Shown here: in pieces, positions 41,100 to 51,385 of the stretch
Position numbering within the stretch: the first letter of the stretch is position 1
How the letters are laid out: each line of letters starts with the position of its first letter
Source: Candidatus Poribacteria bacterium
GTDB lineage: Bacteria; Poribacteria; WGA-4E; PCPOR2b
Length of the DNA stretch: 64,000 bases
Direction of reading: 5' to 3'
Assembly: GCA_965218095.1 (NCBI GenBank)
Contig: OZ244587.1
Location: 4,128,001 to 4,192,000 of the forward strand
The notes under the pieces: model-generated
What the model was told of the DNA's origin: nothing
Databases searched by the model: none
The model's input: only the letters and a program-made list of their open reading frames with translations
Made by a program: the position numbers and the translations under genes

Positions 41100-42143
41100 A
41101 TGTCCGAATCTGATAGGCTTTCATACGCCAAAGTGGGTGTCGATATCGATGCGACAGACGCCGCCAAGCAGGAAATGGCTCAAAGCATTAATCGCGGTGA
41201 CGCTCGTGTTTTGAACCGATTGGGCGCATTCGCAAGTCTCGTTGAAGGCCACTTTAATGGCTATCGCCATCCCGTCCTCGCCCTGAAAACCGATGAACCC
41301 GGCTCCAAGCAAAAGTTGGCCTTTGAGTTGGGCAAAGTGACATCGCTCTGCTATGATCTAATCCATCACCTCATCAATGATGTCATCGTAATGGGCGCGG
41401 AGCCTCTATATGTCCAAGATTGTATTGTCTGTGGCCACCTCGATTCAAAGATTGTGTCAACTTTGGTTTTGGGTATGGCAGCGGCGTGTCAGGCTCAAGG
41501 CTGCGTGTTGGTTGGTGGTGAAACATCCGTGCAACCTGGGGTTGTCGTTGAAGGTGTGTATGTCCTGAGTGCCAGTGCCGTGGGCGTAGTGGAAAAAGAA
41601 TACATCATTGATGGGGCGAGAATCACTGAAGATGACGTTGTGTTAGCAGTGGCGTCCAACGGGCTGCATACGAACGGCTACACATTAGTTCGGAAACTCT
41701 TGGAACTCCATTGTGACTTGCGAGATCAATCGATTGAAGAGGAGTCATTCATCGATGTTATCATGCGTCCTCATACCTGTTACTATCATGCGGTGCGTGA
41801 TCTTTTCAGGTCGCCTGGCTTGAGGGGACTTGCTCATATTACCGGAGGTGGGATCCAAGACAACCTAAATCGAATTCTACCTTCATCATTAGACGCTGGC
41901 ATCGAATTAAGCTGTCTTGATGTACCTGTTGTATTCAAGGTAATCCGTGATACAGGTCATGTGTCGGATGCTGATATGCTAAGGACCTTCAACATGGGAG
42001 TTGGCTTGACATTAGTCTGTGCGCCTGAGATGGTTGACGCATTTTCGAAACATTTAGCAGATCACGATTGTTGCTCATACCCGATAGGTCGTATCGTGAA
42101 GGGTTCCAAGCGCGTCACTTATAGTGGAGCAATTTCATGGTGA
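41100..42143 (+). CDS. purM: Phosphoribosylformylglycinamidine cyclo-ligase (divergent TDEPGSK type)
   Basis: SYAKVGVDID, LVGGET, SNGLHTNGY, AHITGGG, TFNMGVG. Confidence 0.85.
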   Translation: MSESDRLSYAKVGVDIDATDAAKQEMAQSINRGDARVLNRLGAFASLVEGHFNGYRHPVLALKTDEPGSKQKLAFELGKVTSLCYDLIHHLINDVIVMGAEPLYVQDCIVCGHLDSKIVSTLVLGMAAACQAQGCVLVGGETSVQPGVVVEGVYVLSASAVGVVEKEYIIDGARITEDDVVLAVASNGLHTNGYTLVRKLLELHCDLRDQSIEEESFIDVIMRPHTCYYHAVRDLFRSPGLRGLAHITGGGIQDNLNRILPSSLDAGIELSCLDVPVVFKVIRDTGHVSDADMLRTFNMGVGLTLVCAPEMVDAFSKHLADHDCCSYPIGRIVKGSKRVTYSGAISW

Positions 42144-42185
42144 GCAACCCACGCCCTAACAAGGCGTTGGTGGAGGTAAAATCAA

Positions 42186-42491
42186 ATGCTTCAACAACCC
42201 TACGGTGATGTCTATTGCTGGACAGAGCACCACGGCAAACCAGAAACAACCTATTACTGGTACAATCTTGCAATTTACATCAATCAGGCTGGCATCTTCG
42301 CGTTAATCGATCCGTTGCCGATGTCCGATGAGCAAATTCCGGTGCTGTTCTACACCGATGGACGGGAGTGGAATGAACCGCTTGCAATCACGACTCTGAT
42401 GGACACCCCCGAAGATCTGGAAGCGTTTATTCCACAACACTCAGTGAAAGATAGACGAATTCACGAATCGACACCTCAACAGATCATCTGA
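42186..42491 (+). pseudogene. Probable fused gene fragments, unknown function
   Basis: RBS GGAGG + ATG; the start resembles an MBL-fold N-terminus (ALIDPLP) but the ORF is too short. Confidence 0.3.
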
Positions 42492-42519
42492 CGCATTACG
42501 TCTTTTCTGGAGTAACAAG

Positions 42520-43485
42520 ATGAATTCACACGTCGTCGGTATTGACATCGGCGGGACAAAACTTGCTACTGTCGTTGCGGATAGAGACGGAAACATCCTG
42601 CAAAAAGTCCGCAAACCAACGGAGACGGGAAAGGGCCCTCAACACACTGTGCAGCTTCTACTCGAAATGGTTGATGCGGTTATCTGTTTGGCAAATTTGA
42701 AGCGCGAAGAAATCTCAGGAATCGGCGTGAGTTGTGATGGCCCCTTGGACACGAAAACGGGTGTTGTCTACTCCCCGCCGAACCTGCCGGGTTGGGATGC
42801 GCTGCCGTTGAAGGAAATGATTGAGGCGGAATTTCATATTCCGACGGTCATCGAAAACGATGCAAATGCGGGGGCGCTTGCGGAGTGGCGATTTGGCGGC
42901 GGACGCAGCCACGATTATGTCCTCTACATGACGATGAGCACCGGCATCGTCGTCAACGGGCAGATCTATCACGGCGCGAATGACAGCGCCGGAGAGGTCG
43001 GGCATCAGATTCTGCTGCCCAATGGCCCCCTTTGTGGTTGTGGCAAACGTGGGTGTCTGGAGGCGTTGTGCTCAGGACCTTCGATTGCACGTCGCACACA
43101 AGCGGCAATTAAAGATCAACCGAATACGAAGATTTTAGCACTTGCAGACGGACAGCTTGATCACGTCAGGTCAGAGCATGTGCTTGAAGCCGCACGAAAC
43201 GGTGATGCGCTGGCAATCTCCTTAATGGAGGGAACCGCCTACTACATGGGCTGGGGAATTGCGAACCTCGTCAATATTTTGAACCCCCAAATCGTTCTCA
43301 TCGGAACAATCGCGATTGCCGCCGGCGAGCTGCTGTTAAATCCAATCCGACGAACCGTCGCGCAGATGGCAATGCAGCGTCCCGCGGAGGCAGTCAAGAT
43401 TATGCCCGCGCAACTAGGAAAATTAGTAGGGGACCTCGCCGCAATCTCATTGGTTATTGGAGATAAATTGCCTCAACCAAACTAA
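42520..43485 (+). CDS. ROK-family sugar kinase (possibly defective)
   Basis: GIDIGGTK, ENDANA, AGEVGH, CGCGKRGCLE; the STGIGGG motif is shortened to STGIVV. Confidence 0.85.
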   Translation: MNSHVVGIDIGGTKLATVVADRDGNILQKVRKPTETGKGPQHTVQLLLEMVDAVICLANLKREEISGIGVSCDGPLDTKTGVVYSPPNLPGWDALPLKEMIEAEFHIPTVIENDANAGALAEWRFGGGRSHDYVLYMTMSTGIVVNGQIYHGANDSAGEVGHQILLPNGPLCGCGKRGCLEALCSGPSIARRTQAAIKDQPNTKILALADGQLDHVRSEHVLEAARNGDALAISLMEGTAYYMGWGIANLVNILNPQIVLIGTIAIAAGELLLNPIRRTVAQMAMQRPAEAVKIMPAQLGKLVGDLAAISLVIGDKLPQPN

Positions 43486-43554
43486 GAAAATGAGTTCAGT
43501 GGTTCAGCAGTTCAAGCGAAATTTTGAACCAATGAATTTAAGGAGATTGAAATC

Positions 43555-44241
43555 ATGCCAGTTATTATCGAGGCACGAGAGGAATACCTGTTTCCAGGTA
43601 AAAACGGTCTGGAAACCTGTATTGTGCTCTCCGAAGAGTACGCAAGCATGTTTCCAAAGGGAAAACTTATGGAACGCGACAAAATCAAAGAGATTCTTCG
43701 ACAACTGAATGATGCAAGCATACCGTATGCAGTCATTAGTGGGATTGCGTATGCACACTATTGCCTGCCTTGTACGACACAGGATTTAGATCTCATTGTG
43801 TTGGCGGAAGATGCGGGAAAAGTACGTCGGATTTTTAGTTCTTACTACCAACGTGGGACAGCGATTGTTGGTGTTTACGATTACTAGGGGACACAGTTCG
43901 ATGTGCTGCCCGCATCACGGCGTTTGCAACGGTCTGTCGTAAGCAACGCAATCGATAACCAAATCGATGAACTGCTAGTAAAGGTCGCTCGCCTGCAAGA
44001 TTTGATTCTGCTCAAACTTATAGCTGCCCCGGTCCGTCATGAGATAGGGAAACGGAGGCAGGATCAGACAGATGTTGTCAGGCTCATTGAGTACAACCAC
44101 GAGCGAATTTCAGCAGAGGACATCGCTCGCATTTGTCAGACCTTACTTCAGCAGGTATACACACTCGAAGATCAAAATAAAATGCGTCAGATCATCCAAT
44201 GGCTCAATGAAACCTGGATGAACTCGAACTGTCAGATTTGA
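43555..44241 (+). pseudogene. Nucleotidyltransferase-fold protein with in-frame TAG at 43885-43887
   Basis: YAVISGIA...TQDLDL, LILLKL, QDQTDV; the two ORFs are in the same frame. Confidence 0.7.
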
Positions 44242-44277
44242 AATATCCGCTGTCCGATTAAAATGAGGAGATGATTC

Positions 44278-44838
44278 ATGGAACGCATTCAGAGATACAT
44301 TTCGCATCTACAAGGCGCCTTAGAACGCCTATCCCTAGCTGATGTTCGCAAATCAATTGACCTCGTGATGGAAGCCTATCAGGCGGATCGGCAAATTTTC
44401 GTCATCGGCAACGGCGGCAGTGCGTCTACCGCGTCGCATATCGCCAATGATCTGGGCAAGGGGACAAGCCTCCCCGGCAGAAAACGATTTCGCGTCATTA
44501 GCTTAACTGATAATATCTCAACAATGACTGCGTGGTCGAACGATGTCTGTTACCAGGATGTCTTTGTCGAGCAACTCAAAAACCTTGTCAATCCCGGCGA
44601 TCTTGTGATTGGCATCAGTGCCAGCGGTGCCTCCGAAAACGTGCTTCGAGCGATTCGGCATGCCAAAGCCATCGGGTGCAAAACCATCGGCTGGACGGGG
44701 TTCGGTGGCGGCAAGCTCGCTCGCTTAGCGGATGCCAGCGTCGTGGTAGACAGCCAGGAATACGGTCCTGTTGAAGATGTTCATCTTATCCTAAATCATG
44801 TTCTGTACGCGTGGATTTGGGAGGAGTTTGCGTCTTAG
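44278..44838 (+). CDS. SIS-domain phosphosugar isomerase (GmhA-like)
   Basis: GNGGSAS.ASH, TAWSND, ISASG.SEN, VEDVH. Confidence 0.9.
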   Translation: MERIQRYISHLQGALERLSLADVRKSIDLVMEAYQADRQIFVIGNGGSASTASHIANDLGKGTSLPGRKRFRVISLTDNISTMTAWSNDVCYQDVFVEQLKNLVNPGDLVIGISASGASENVLRAIRHAKAIGCKTIGWTGFGGGKLARLADASVVVDSQEYGPVEDVHLILNHVLYAWIWEEFAS

Positions 44839-44886
44839 TTTTTAACCCCAATCGAAGATCGGGAGGCATTGCAGAAGGAGAAATTC

Positions 44887-46161
44887 ATGGAAATTCGTGG
44901 TATCCGCGAATCAGAATTAGAGGAGATGATCAATCTCCAATGCCTGGTGTTTCGACCGGACGGGCATGAACGGTACCGGCAATATGTGCGCAGAGATTCA
45001 AGTTATCGATATGACCAATCCCGCGTTGTGGTGGTGGACGGACGAATTGTTGCGACGCTCCGTGTATGGGAGCGCAGAATGCGTATCGGCTCTTGCATCG
45101 TGCGCATGGGTGGGATTGGGGGTGTAGGTACCCATCCGGACTATCGAGGCGTCGGTTATGCAACCGCGTTGATGAAGGACACGATTGCCTACATGCGGAC
45201 AGTGGGTTATGAGCTCGGCGTGCTGTTTTCGGCAATTCCGTGCGAATTTTATCGCAAGCTAGGGTGGGCGAGTGTGCCATTGGAAGGCTTTCGGGTGACG
45301 CGAAGACGGACAATCGAGCTGGGAGAAACCGCCTCCGATTCCCGCGATTTCGCGCAGTTTATCCTGATCCTTGGATCGGGGCTCAACTGGCAGGTTAAGC
45401 CTTTCGACGAAGGGCGAGATCTGGAGCAGGTCATCGCGCTTTACGACGCATGCAACGCCCAGCAGAGCGGATCGCTTGTGCGCACCCAATCTTACTGGGA
45501 CAGTGGTCCCGCCCGGATACGAAATATCCTGCCGACGGTGGTCGCCCGTCGGCAGGATACGCTGGGTGGGTATCTCAACTTTCAGATCGAAGGAAAAATC
45601 GCAAACGTCCTCGAAGTTGCAACTAATCAAGCAGATCCGGGGAGCTTAGTGGCGTTGGCTAACCAACTGCTTCAAGTGTGTGAAGGAGAAGGGGTCGAGG
45701 AGATCCACGGGGAGATTCCGCACCGTCACCCGCTGGTTGATCTGCTTGTCGAAGGCGGCGCAGGAGATCTCTTCTTAACAGGGAACTCATCCATGATGCT
45801 GTACGCCGTGAAGCTTCCGGCCCTGTTCCAACTGGTTTTGCCCGAGCTGCAATCGCGGCTCGATGCGTCCAATCAGAAATTCGCGCCCATTTCGATTTGC
45901 TTTGAGATCAACAATCAAGAAGCTGTGCTGCGCCTGCACGATGATGGCACGCTTCAGATCTTCAACACGGATGAGAACGCGATTCGTTTGACGCTGCCGG
46001 GTCCGTTTTTCTGGCAGGCATTACTCAGCGAGTCCAGTTGGCGCCAGCTTGAACCAACCTTACATGCACGAGGTATTTCCGTGACACCGGAGATTTCTAC
46101 ACTCCTGTCAATCTTGTTTCCACAGCAAGAGGTAATCTTCTGGAGTCCAGATCATTATTGA
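44887..46161 (+). CDS. Eis-like GNAT acetyltransferase
   Basis: GGIGGVGTHPDYRGVGYA, FYRKLGW. Confidence 0.85.
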   Translation: MEIRGIRESELEEMINLQCLVFRPDGHERYRQYVRRDSSYRYDQSRVVVVDGRIVATLRVWERRMRIGSCIVRMGGIGGVGTHPDYRGVGYATALMKDTIAYMRTVGYELGVLFSAIPCEFYRKLGWASVPLEGFRVTRRRTIELGETASDSRDFAQFILILGSGLNWQVKPFDEGRDLEQVIALYDACNAQQSGSLVRTQSYWDSGPARIRNILPTVVARRQDTLGGYLNFQIEGKIANVLEVATNQADPGSLVALANQLLQVCEGEGVEEIHGEIPHRHPLVDLLVEGGAGDLFLTGNSSMMLYAVKLPALFQLVLPELQSRLDASNQKFAPISICFEINNQEAVLRLHDDGTLQIFNTDENAIRLTLPGPFFWQALLSESSWRQLEPTLHARGISVTPEISTLLSILFPQQEVIFWSPDHY

Positions 46162-46208
46162 TTCTCATTTTTGGGGGATAACATACGAAATTCACATGAG
46201 AGGAAAAC

Positions 46209-47000
46209 ATGAAAATTGGTGTTACGCAAATCATTCTCTCAAATATGTCACTCGACGATACACTTGGGTTGTGTCAAGAGGCAGGCTATGAGGCAGTCGA
46301 ATTGACCTTCAGAGACGGAAAAGATCTGAATGCGGACATGAGCACATCGGAAATCCAGGGCGTGGGTGGGAAGTGTGCGGCGGCGGGGATTGAAATCGGC
46401 AGTGTCATCGCCAGCTACGCCGATCGCGGAAACCTGCTCAGTCCAGACGCAGCGGAACGGGAGAGAGGCGTCAAATCCCTTGTCCATAACCTCGAAATCG
46501 CCGGCATACTCGGCGTGGGTGAAATCCTTTTGCATCCGGGACAGCTTACCGTTGACGGTACATATCAATCGGTTTGGGATAATCTCGTCGGTATCCTGAA
46601 GGAAGTTGCTCCGGTTGCTGCGTCTAACAAAGCCGCAATTGGCATCGAAAATGTCTGGAACAAATTTCTACTCAGCCCGAAAGAAATGCGCGAATTTGTC
46701 GATGCGGTTGGGAGCGAATGGGTTGGCGTCTACCTCGACACCGCCAATATGATGGCTTATGGATATCCTGAACATTGGATTCGTGAATTGGACAGCCGGA
46801 TTAAGCGCGTTCATTTTAAGGACTTCAATCGGCGGGAGCATCGGTTTGTCAATCTGCTCGATGGCGATACCGATTGGCCCACTGTCATGCGTGAACTCAG
46901 AGCCATCGGATATGACGGGCCTGTGATTCACGAAGTCGGCGGAGATCGCGCAACTCAAATTGATATTGCTGAACGGATGCGGAAGATTGTTGCCATGTGA
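46209..47000 (+). CDS. Sugar phosphate isomerase/epimerase (TIM barrel)
   Basis: IENVWNKFLLSP, YLDTAN, VHFKD, IHE. Confidence 0.9.
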   Translation: MKIGVTQIILSNMSLDDTLGLCQEAGYEAVELTFRDGKDLNADMSTSEIQGVGGKCAAAGIEIGSVIASYADRGNLLSPDAAERERGVKSLVHNLEIAGILGVGEILLHPGQLTVDGTYQSVWDNLVGILKEVAPVAASNKAAIGIENVWNKFLLSPKEMREFVDAVGSEWVGVYLDTANMMAYGYPEHWIRELDSRIKRVHFKDFNRREHRFVNLLDGDTDWPTVMRELRAIGYDGPVIHEVGGDRATQIDIAERMRKIVAM

Positions 47001-47058
47001 AACATGATGCGTAATACCAATTCTGATCCTTCCGAAGGTTTCGCATAAAAGAGGACAA

Positions 47059-48882
47059 TCAGTGAAATGTCACATAAACCGCTGTAATATTATCCAGTCC
47101 ACCTGCCTCATTCGCCAGGTTAATTAGGGCGCTGATCTTCTCCGTGTGTTCTAAGTTTTCGTCGCTAACACCCCGAAGAAGTTGGTCATCGTTGACCATG
47201 CCGTGCAGCCCATCACTACAGATCAACAAAGCGTGATCGGTTGACAACAAACGCATGAGACAATCTGGTTCCAACTCCCGCTCGATACCCAGCGTTTTAT
47301 AAATGATATGCCGCTGTGGGTGATTTGCTGCCTCCTCTGGTGTGAGTTCCCCCATCCGAACCAAATGGGCGACCAACGAGTGATCATCTGTCAGTTGTTC
47401 AATTTCCTCCCCATCGATCAGATAGGCACGTGAATCCCCAATATGTGCAACGTACGCTCGCTGATTGACCACCAAACAGAGCGTTGCTGTTGAGCCCATC
47501 TCATCCCCGCCAGCAGCATTAATAATTGCCGCATTTGCTTTTGTCAAAACATCGCAGACCCAACTTAGCCACTCCGAATCGGTTTTTCGATAAAAATCCG
47601 TGTCGCAAAGCATCTCGCCCCAACTTTTTTGGCAGGTTTCCACAACGATTCTGCTGGCAAGATCGCCCGCCTTCCCACCCCCCATGCCGTCAGCGACCAG
47701 GTAAAGTCCTGCAGGATTTTGTTCGGATTGCGTATAAACCACGGCTGACTGGGCAAAATACGCATCCTGGTTTTGCGCACGCAGTTGTCCAACATCACTC
47801 CCTGCACCCCATCGGTGGTGCTGCACAGCAAGTAGGGAGATTACTTCACTTTTGAAGGCTTCTACTGAATCCAAGCGGTGGGTCGGATCGGGATGCAGAC
47901 ATGTTAATAAAACGCGGTATAGCGTGGGCGGGAACGATACGATTGCACTACCCTCATTTGAGGGCGAGGTGTCATCCAGGGTGGGCGGGGCATAAGGCTT
48001 ACCAAACAGCAGTTGATAGCAGAGCGCGGCAAGCGCGTAAAGGTCCGACGAAACGCCAATCTCAGTCAGCCAATTTCGCTGCACCTCTGGGGCAGCGAAA
48101 TTTGCATCTGCCCACACCGCTTCGGCGTTGTCCGCTTCATCACGCTGTTCAGGTATCAGCGTTTCCATCGAATGTGCCAATTCGTAAACAAAGACGCGCC
48201 CTTCATCCGCATTCCATTGGACAGCGGAAAAATCGTTGAGCAGTATATGCACATCGTGCAGTTTCTGCAGGGTTTGGCACAGAGAGAGAATTGCGCGAAC
48301 AACTTCCCGCCAACTCGCAAAATGGATTACATACAAGGGCGCCATCGAACGTGGGGCAGTGCAGATAAAATAATACTGATTCTCCTGTTCAACCCGTTCA
48401 ACGAACGTTGTTACGGTAGGATAAGCTGTCCGTTTGAGTTTTGCTATTTCTGTCTCAAAAGTGTTTTGATCTCCCGCCCCTTCTTTGACAATAAATGTAT
48501 CGTCTTTAGATGAAGCAAGATAGACGTTGCAATCCCCCTGCGTGAGTAACTCTTCAACTCGATAGCGCTCATTAATCAGTGAACCGACCGGCAGCGGAGG
48601 CAGGCTACGTAGTGCTGCTTCATGCTCCGTCAACATGGCGCCGCATTCATCACAATACGCTGCCACCGACAGGTTCGATGACCCACAGGTGGGACAGGTC
48701 TGCTTTGTCCGAATTCTTCGGATGAGCACGGACTCTCGGAACGCAGTCGCCTGTTCTTCCGCGGGTTCTATCAAATCCTGAGTGTAGGTGTCTGTCCCTG
48801 GCAGTTCAATTACATCGCTTTTGTTGATGGCCGATTCTGCCTGCGCTTCATCTTCAGTTGTCGGAGAAATTGTTATGTTCAT
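47059..48882 (-). CDS. Zinc ribbon + degenerate Ser/Thr kinase + PP2C phosphatase fusion
   Basis: CPTC..CDEC; FAAPEV, SDLYAL; VADGMGG, HIGDSRAY, CSDGL, DNIT. Confidence 0.85.
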   Translation of the reverse strand: MNITISPTTEDEAQAESAINKSDVIELPGTDTYTQDLIEPAEEQATAFRESVLIRRIRTKQTCPTCGSSNLSVAAYCDECGAMLTEHEAALRSLPPLPVGSLINERYRVEELLTQGDCNVYLASSKDDTFIVKEGAGDQNTFETEIAKLKRTAYPTVTTFVERVEQENQYYFICTAPRSMAPLYVIHFASWREVVRAILSLCQTLQKLHDVHILLNDFSAVQWNADEGRVFVYELAHSMETLIPEQRDEADNAEAVWADANFAAPEVQRNWLTEIGVSSDLYALAALCYQLLFGKPYAPPTLDDTSPSNEGSAIVSFPPTLYRVLLTCLHPDPTHRLDSVEAFKSEVISLLAVQHHRWGAGSDVGQLRAQNQDAYFAQSAVVYTQSEQNPAGLYLVADGMGGGKAGDLASRIVVETCQKSWGEMLCDTDFYRKTDSEWLSWVCDVLTKANAAIINAAGGDEMGSTATLCLVVNQRAYVAHIGDSRAYLIDGEEIEQLTDDHSLVAHLVRMGELTPEEAANHPQRHIIYKTLGIERELEPDCLMRLLSTDHALLICSDGLHGMVNDDQLLRGVSDENLEHTEKISALINLANEAGGLDNITAVYVTFH

Positions 48883-49044
48883 GAGGTTATTTCACGAAGG
48901 CATTGGGAAACCCATCCATAGCTCCCAAAGCGTAATCAATATTCCCGGTGGTCTCAAAGCTTTTGACGCCCTTCATTCCTTCATATCTCCTACGATTATA
49001 TCCAACATTTTACCATTTACACAAGGGTAAATCAATTTTTTCGG

Positions 49045-49932
49045 TTAATATCCCCACTGCTCATGCGCAACTTTTCGCTTCCGCAGGTTGAGCGAGACAT
49101 CATCGGAATATATTCCTGGGTCTGAATCCAATCCAGTCTCTCGATCCAGAAACAGGGGAAAATCCTCCTTCGGCGGCTTGGTGCGATCGTAGCCGTAGGA
49201 GTAGCTTCGCATGATTATCCGCTGTTCCCGGTTCAACGTTTTTAGCCATTCCGGATCTGACCCAATCCGATCCGCCTCACAGATCCAAGACGGGCAGTAG
49301 GCGAGGAAGATATTCTTCCGCACGACATCACTTTCGTTGGGTTCGACGCGGTGCCAAGTCCCACAATGTGCAATCGTTATCGTACCTTTGGGTAAGCAGA
49401 AGATCCTTTCCCCTGGTACACTTGTATGCTTCGTGTACGCTTCACAATATTGGGTTCGGTGACTCCCCGGCATGACGACGAGATTTCCCATTTTTTCATG
49501 CGGCAGATCGGTCAGCCAGTAGCCGATCTTGATTTGCATCGGCAGTTTTGGCGAAAACACACCGTAAGGCAACGCACGCGCACCATCGGGGTGCCACGCG
49601 TTGTGTGAACTGTCGTGTGGTCGGATGAAGAACTGAGAGATGTGGAGTTTGAGCAATTCACTGTAGATATCGTAGGCATAACCGACATGGCGTGGGTGGT
49701 CAATTAGTTCCGTAAAAACAGGATGTTTTTCTGCAATATTGCCCGGACCGTAGTATTTTCCTTCCGTGTAATTCGGATCCGCGGCAATACATTCATTAAT
49801 CGCGTTCAAGTAGCGATCGATTTCCTTCTGCGTTAAAGCGTTCTCAATGACGAGATATCCTTCCCGGTTGAACTGTTCCCACTGCGCTTTGGTGAAGCCT
49901 GGTGGGGCTTTTCGATAGGTTGGTGTTGACAT
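49045..49932 (-). CDS. Phytanoyl-CoA dioxygenase (PhyH) family protein
   Basis: FNREGYLVIEN, WHPD, VMPGSH, TWH. Confidence 0.9.
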   Translation of the reverse strand: MSTPTYRKAPPGFTKAQWEQFNREGYLVIENALTQKEIDRYLNAINECIAADPNYTEGKYYGPGNIAEKHPVFTELIDHPRHVGYAYDIYSELLKLHISQFFIRPHDSSHNAWHPDGARALPYGVFSPKLPMQIKIGYWLTDLPHEKMGNLVVMPGSHRTQYCEAYTKHTSVPGERIFCLPKGTITIAHCGTWHRVEPNESDVVRKNIFLAYCPSWICEADRIGSDPEWLKTLNREQRIIMRSYSYGYDRTKPPKEDFPLFLDRETGLDSDPGIYSDDVSLNLRKRKVAHEQWGY

Positions 49933-50145
49933 GATATACTCCTTTCGCAATTAAGCCATCACATTAATTTTGACGATTTTATCAGTGAATCGTTATAGAA
50001 TAGTTTAGAGTCACTATCAATTTCCAGTAGTGAGAAAGCAGAGCACAAAACGCCTTTGACATGGAGAAAATGGTGTAAAAAAGGCTCTGAGCGAAGCAAG
50101 GTTCGCAATCCAAGGACATTAACATTGTCAAGCTAATTTTCTTTC

Positions 50146-50174
50146 TTGACGCAAAAAGTAAACTCTGATATGCT
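50146..50174 (+). promoter_or_regulatory. Candidate sigma70 promoter
   Basis: TTGACG-N17-TATGCT. Confidence 0.45.
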
Positions 50175-50234
50175 AGTCTAGTTAAGAGCCTATCTAAAAA
50201 GCACCTCAGCTAACTTGTGGAAGGCAATCAAAAA

Positions 50235-50372
50235 ATGTCGAATAACACAAACTACCCAGTAGTACTTGCTGCAGGAATCGCCCGGTTTGATTTTTTAACC
50301 GCTTCCCTCTTCAGTCGGCTGAATTTTTTTCTCGCCGATTTTAGTTTTGCCTATGATAGATTTCACTATTAA
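50235..50372 (+). pseudogene. 5' fragment of a lipase-like alpha/beta hydrolase
   Basis: TNYPVVLAAGIARFD...DRFHY* resembles the YPIVLAHG start of lipases. Confidence 0.45.
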
Positions 50373-50502
50373 CCTTTGGTGCTAGTTGGTGAGGAGGTAG
50401 TTTCCACAAGGGGAGGTAGTTTCCACAAGGGTTGTAGAATTTACATATTCGACCTCGCAAAGAATAGATCGTTGCTATGACTGGATCTTTGGTTTCAAAC
50501 TA

Positions 50503-51338
50503 GGTTCTGTTGACATTTCAAGGGAGCCATATAAGAGTGGCGACAAAGCTGAGAAATCCAAAATAACGGACAGCTAGCTTCTCAAACCGAGAGAAGATAC
50601 GACGATACCATTTTATCTTGTTGATGAAACATTCAACCCGATGTCTCTCTTTGTATAAGCGTTTGTCATACGTTCTTTGGTCAACACGATGACTTTTTGG
50701 CGGTATCACCGCAATCGCTCCATTCGCCTCAATAACCGCGATAAAAGCGTCCGAATCGTACCCCTTGTCTCCAATCACATATTCACTATTGTATCCGATT
50801 ATCAACCCTTCCGCCTCAGTTATGTCATGTCTCTGACCGGGGATCAGATGAATTCTTAGCGGATTGCCTAGTCCGTTAACTGTGATGTGATTTTTTGTAC
50901 TGAAACCGCCCCGAGACCGACCTAATGCTTGGTTTTCAGTGCCACCGTTTTTTTTAAGGCGCCAGCTTTTTAAGGCGCCCGCCGCAGACGGGTGAGCGCG
51001 GCAGATGGTACTGTCCACAATAAGCGACTCGATATCGGGGTCAGAGGCGAAGTGGTGGTGCATCTGTGTGAAGATACCTTTGTCGCACCATCGAGCAAAC
51101 CGCTTGTAGCGGGTGTTCGATTTGCCATAGGTGTCTGGTAGAAGTCTCCATTGAGCCCCGCTACGAGTCACCCACAGGACAGCTTCGACGAAGCAGCGTG
51201 TAGCAGCTTCGTCGCCAACATAGATGGTGGGACAGCTTAGAAGAAACCGGTATATCTTATTCCATTGTTCATCGGGTAAGGTTATTGGCATCATTCTTCT
51301 ATTATGCCACAACCTTATACTCAAATGTCAACAGAACC
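50503..51338 (-). mobile_element. IS5-family element (IS427-like) with single-frame transposase 50518-51324
   Basis: 16-bp IR GGTTCTGTTGACATTT; TA duplication in a CTAG target; VDST, GRSRGG.STK, GDKGYDS, YKERHRVE. Confidence 0.9.
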
Positions 51339-51385
51339 TAGCACCATTAATTATAATCCTAACTATCCAAAAGAGGGAATGAACG

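Noticed and set aside
50393-50430. CRISPR-like repeat ggaggtagtttccacaagg x2
   Set aside because: Two abutting 19-bp copies with no spacer and no cas genes; simple tandem duplication.
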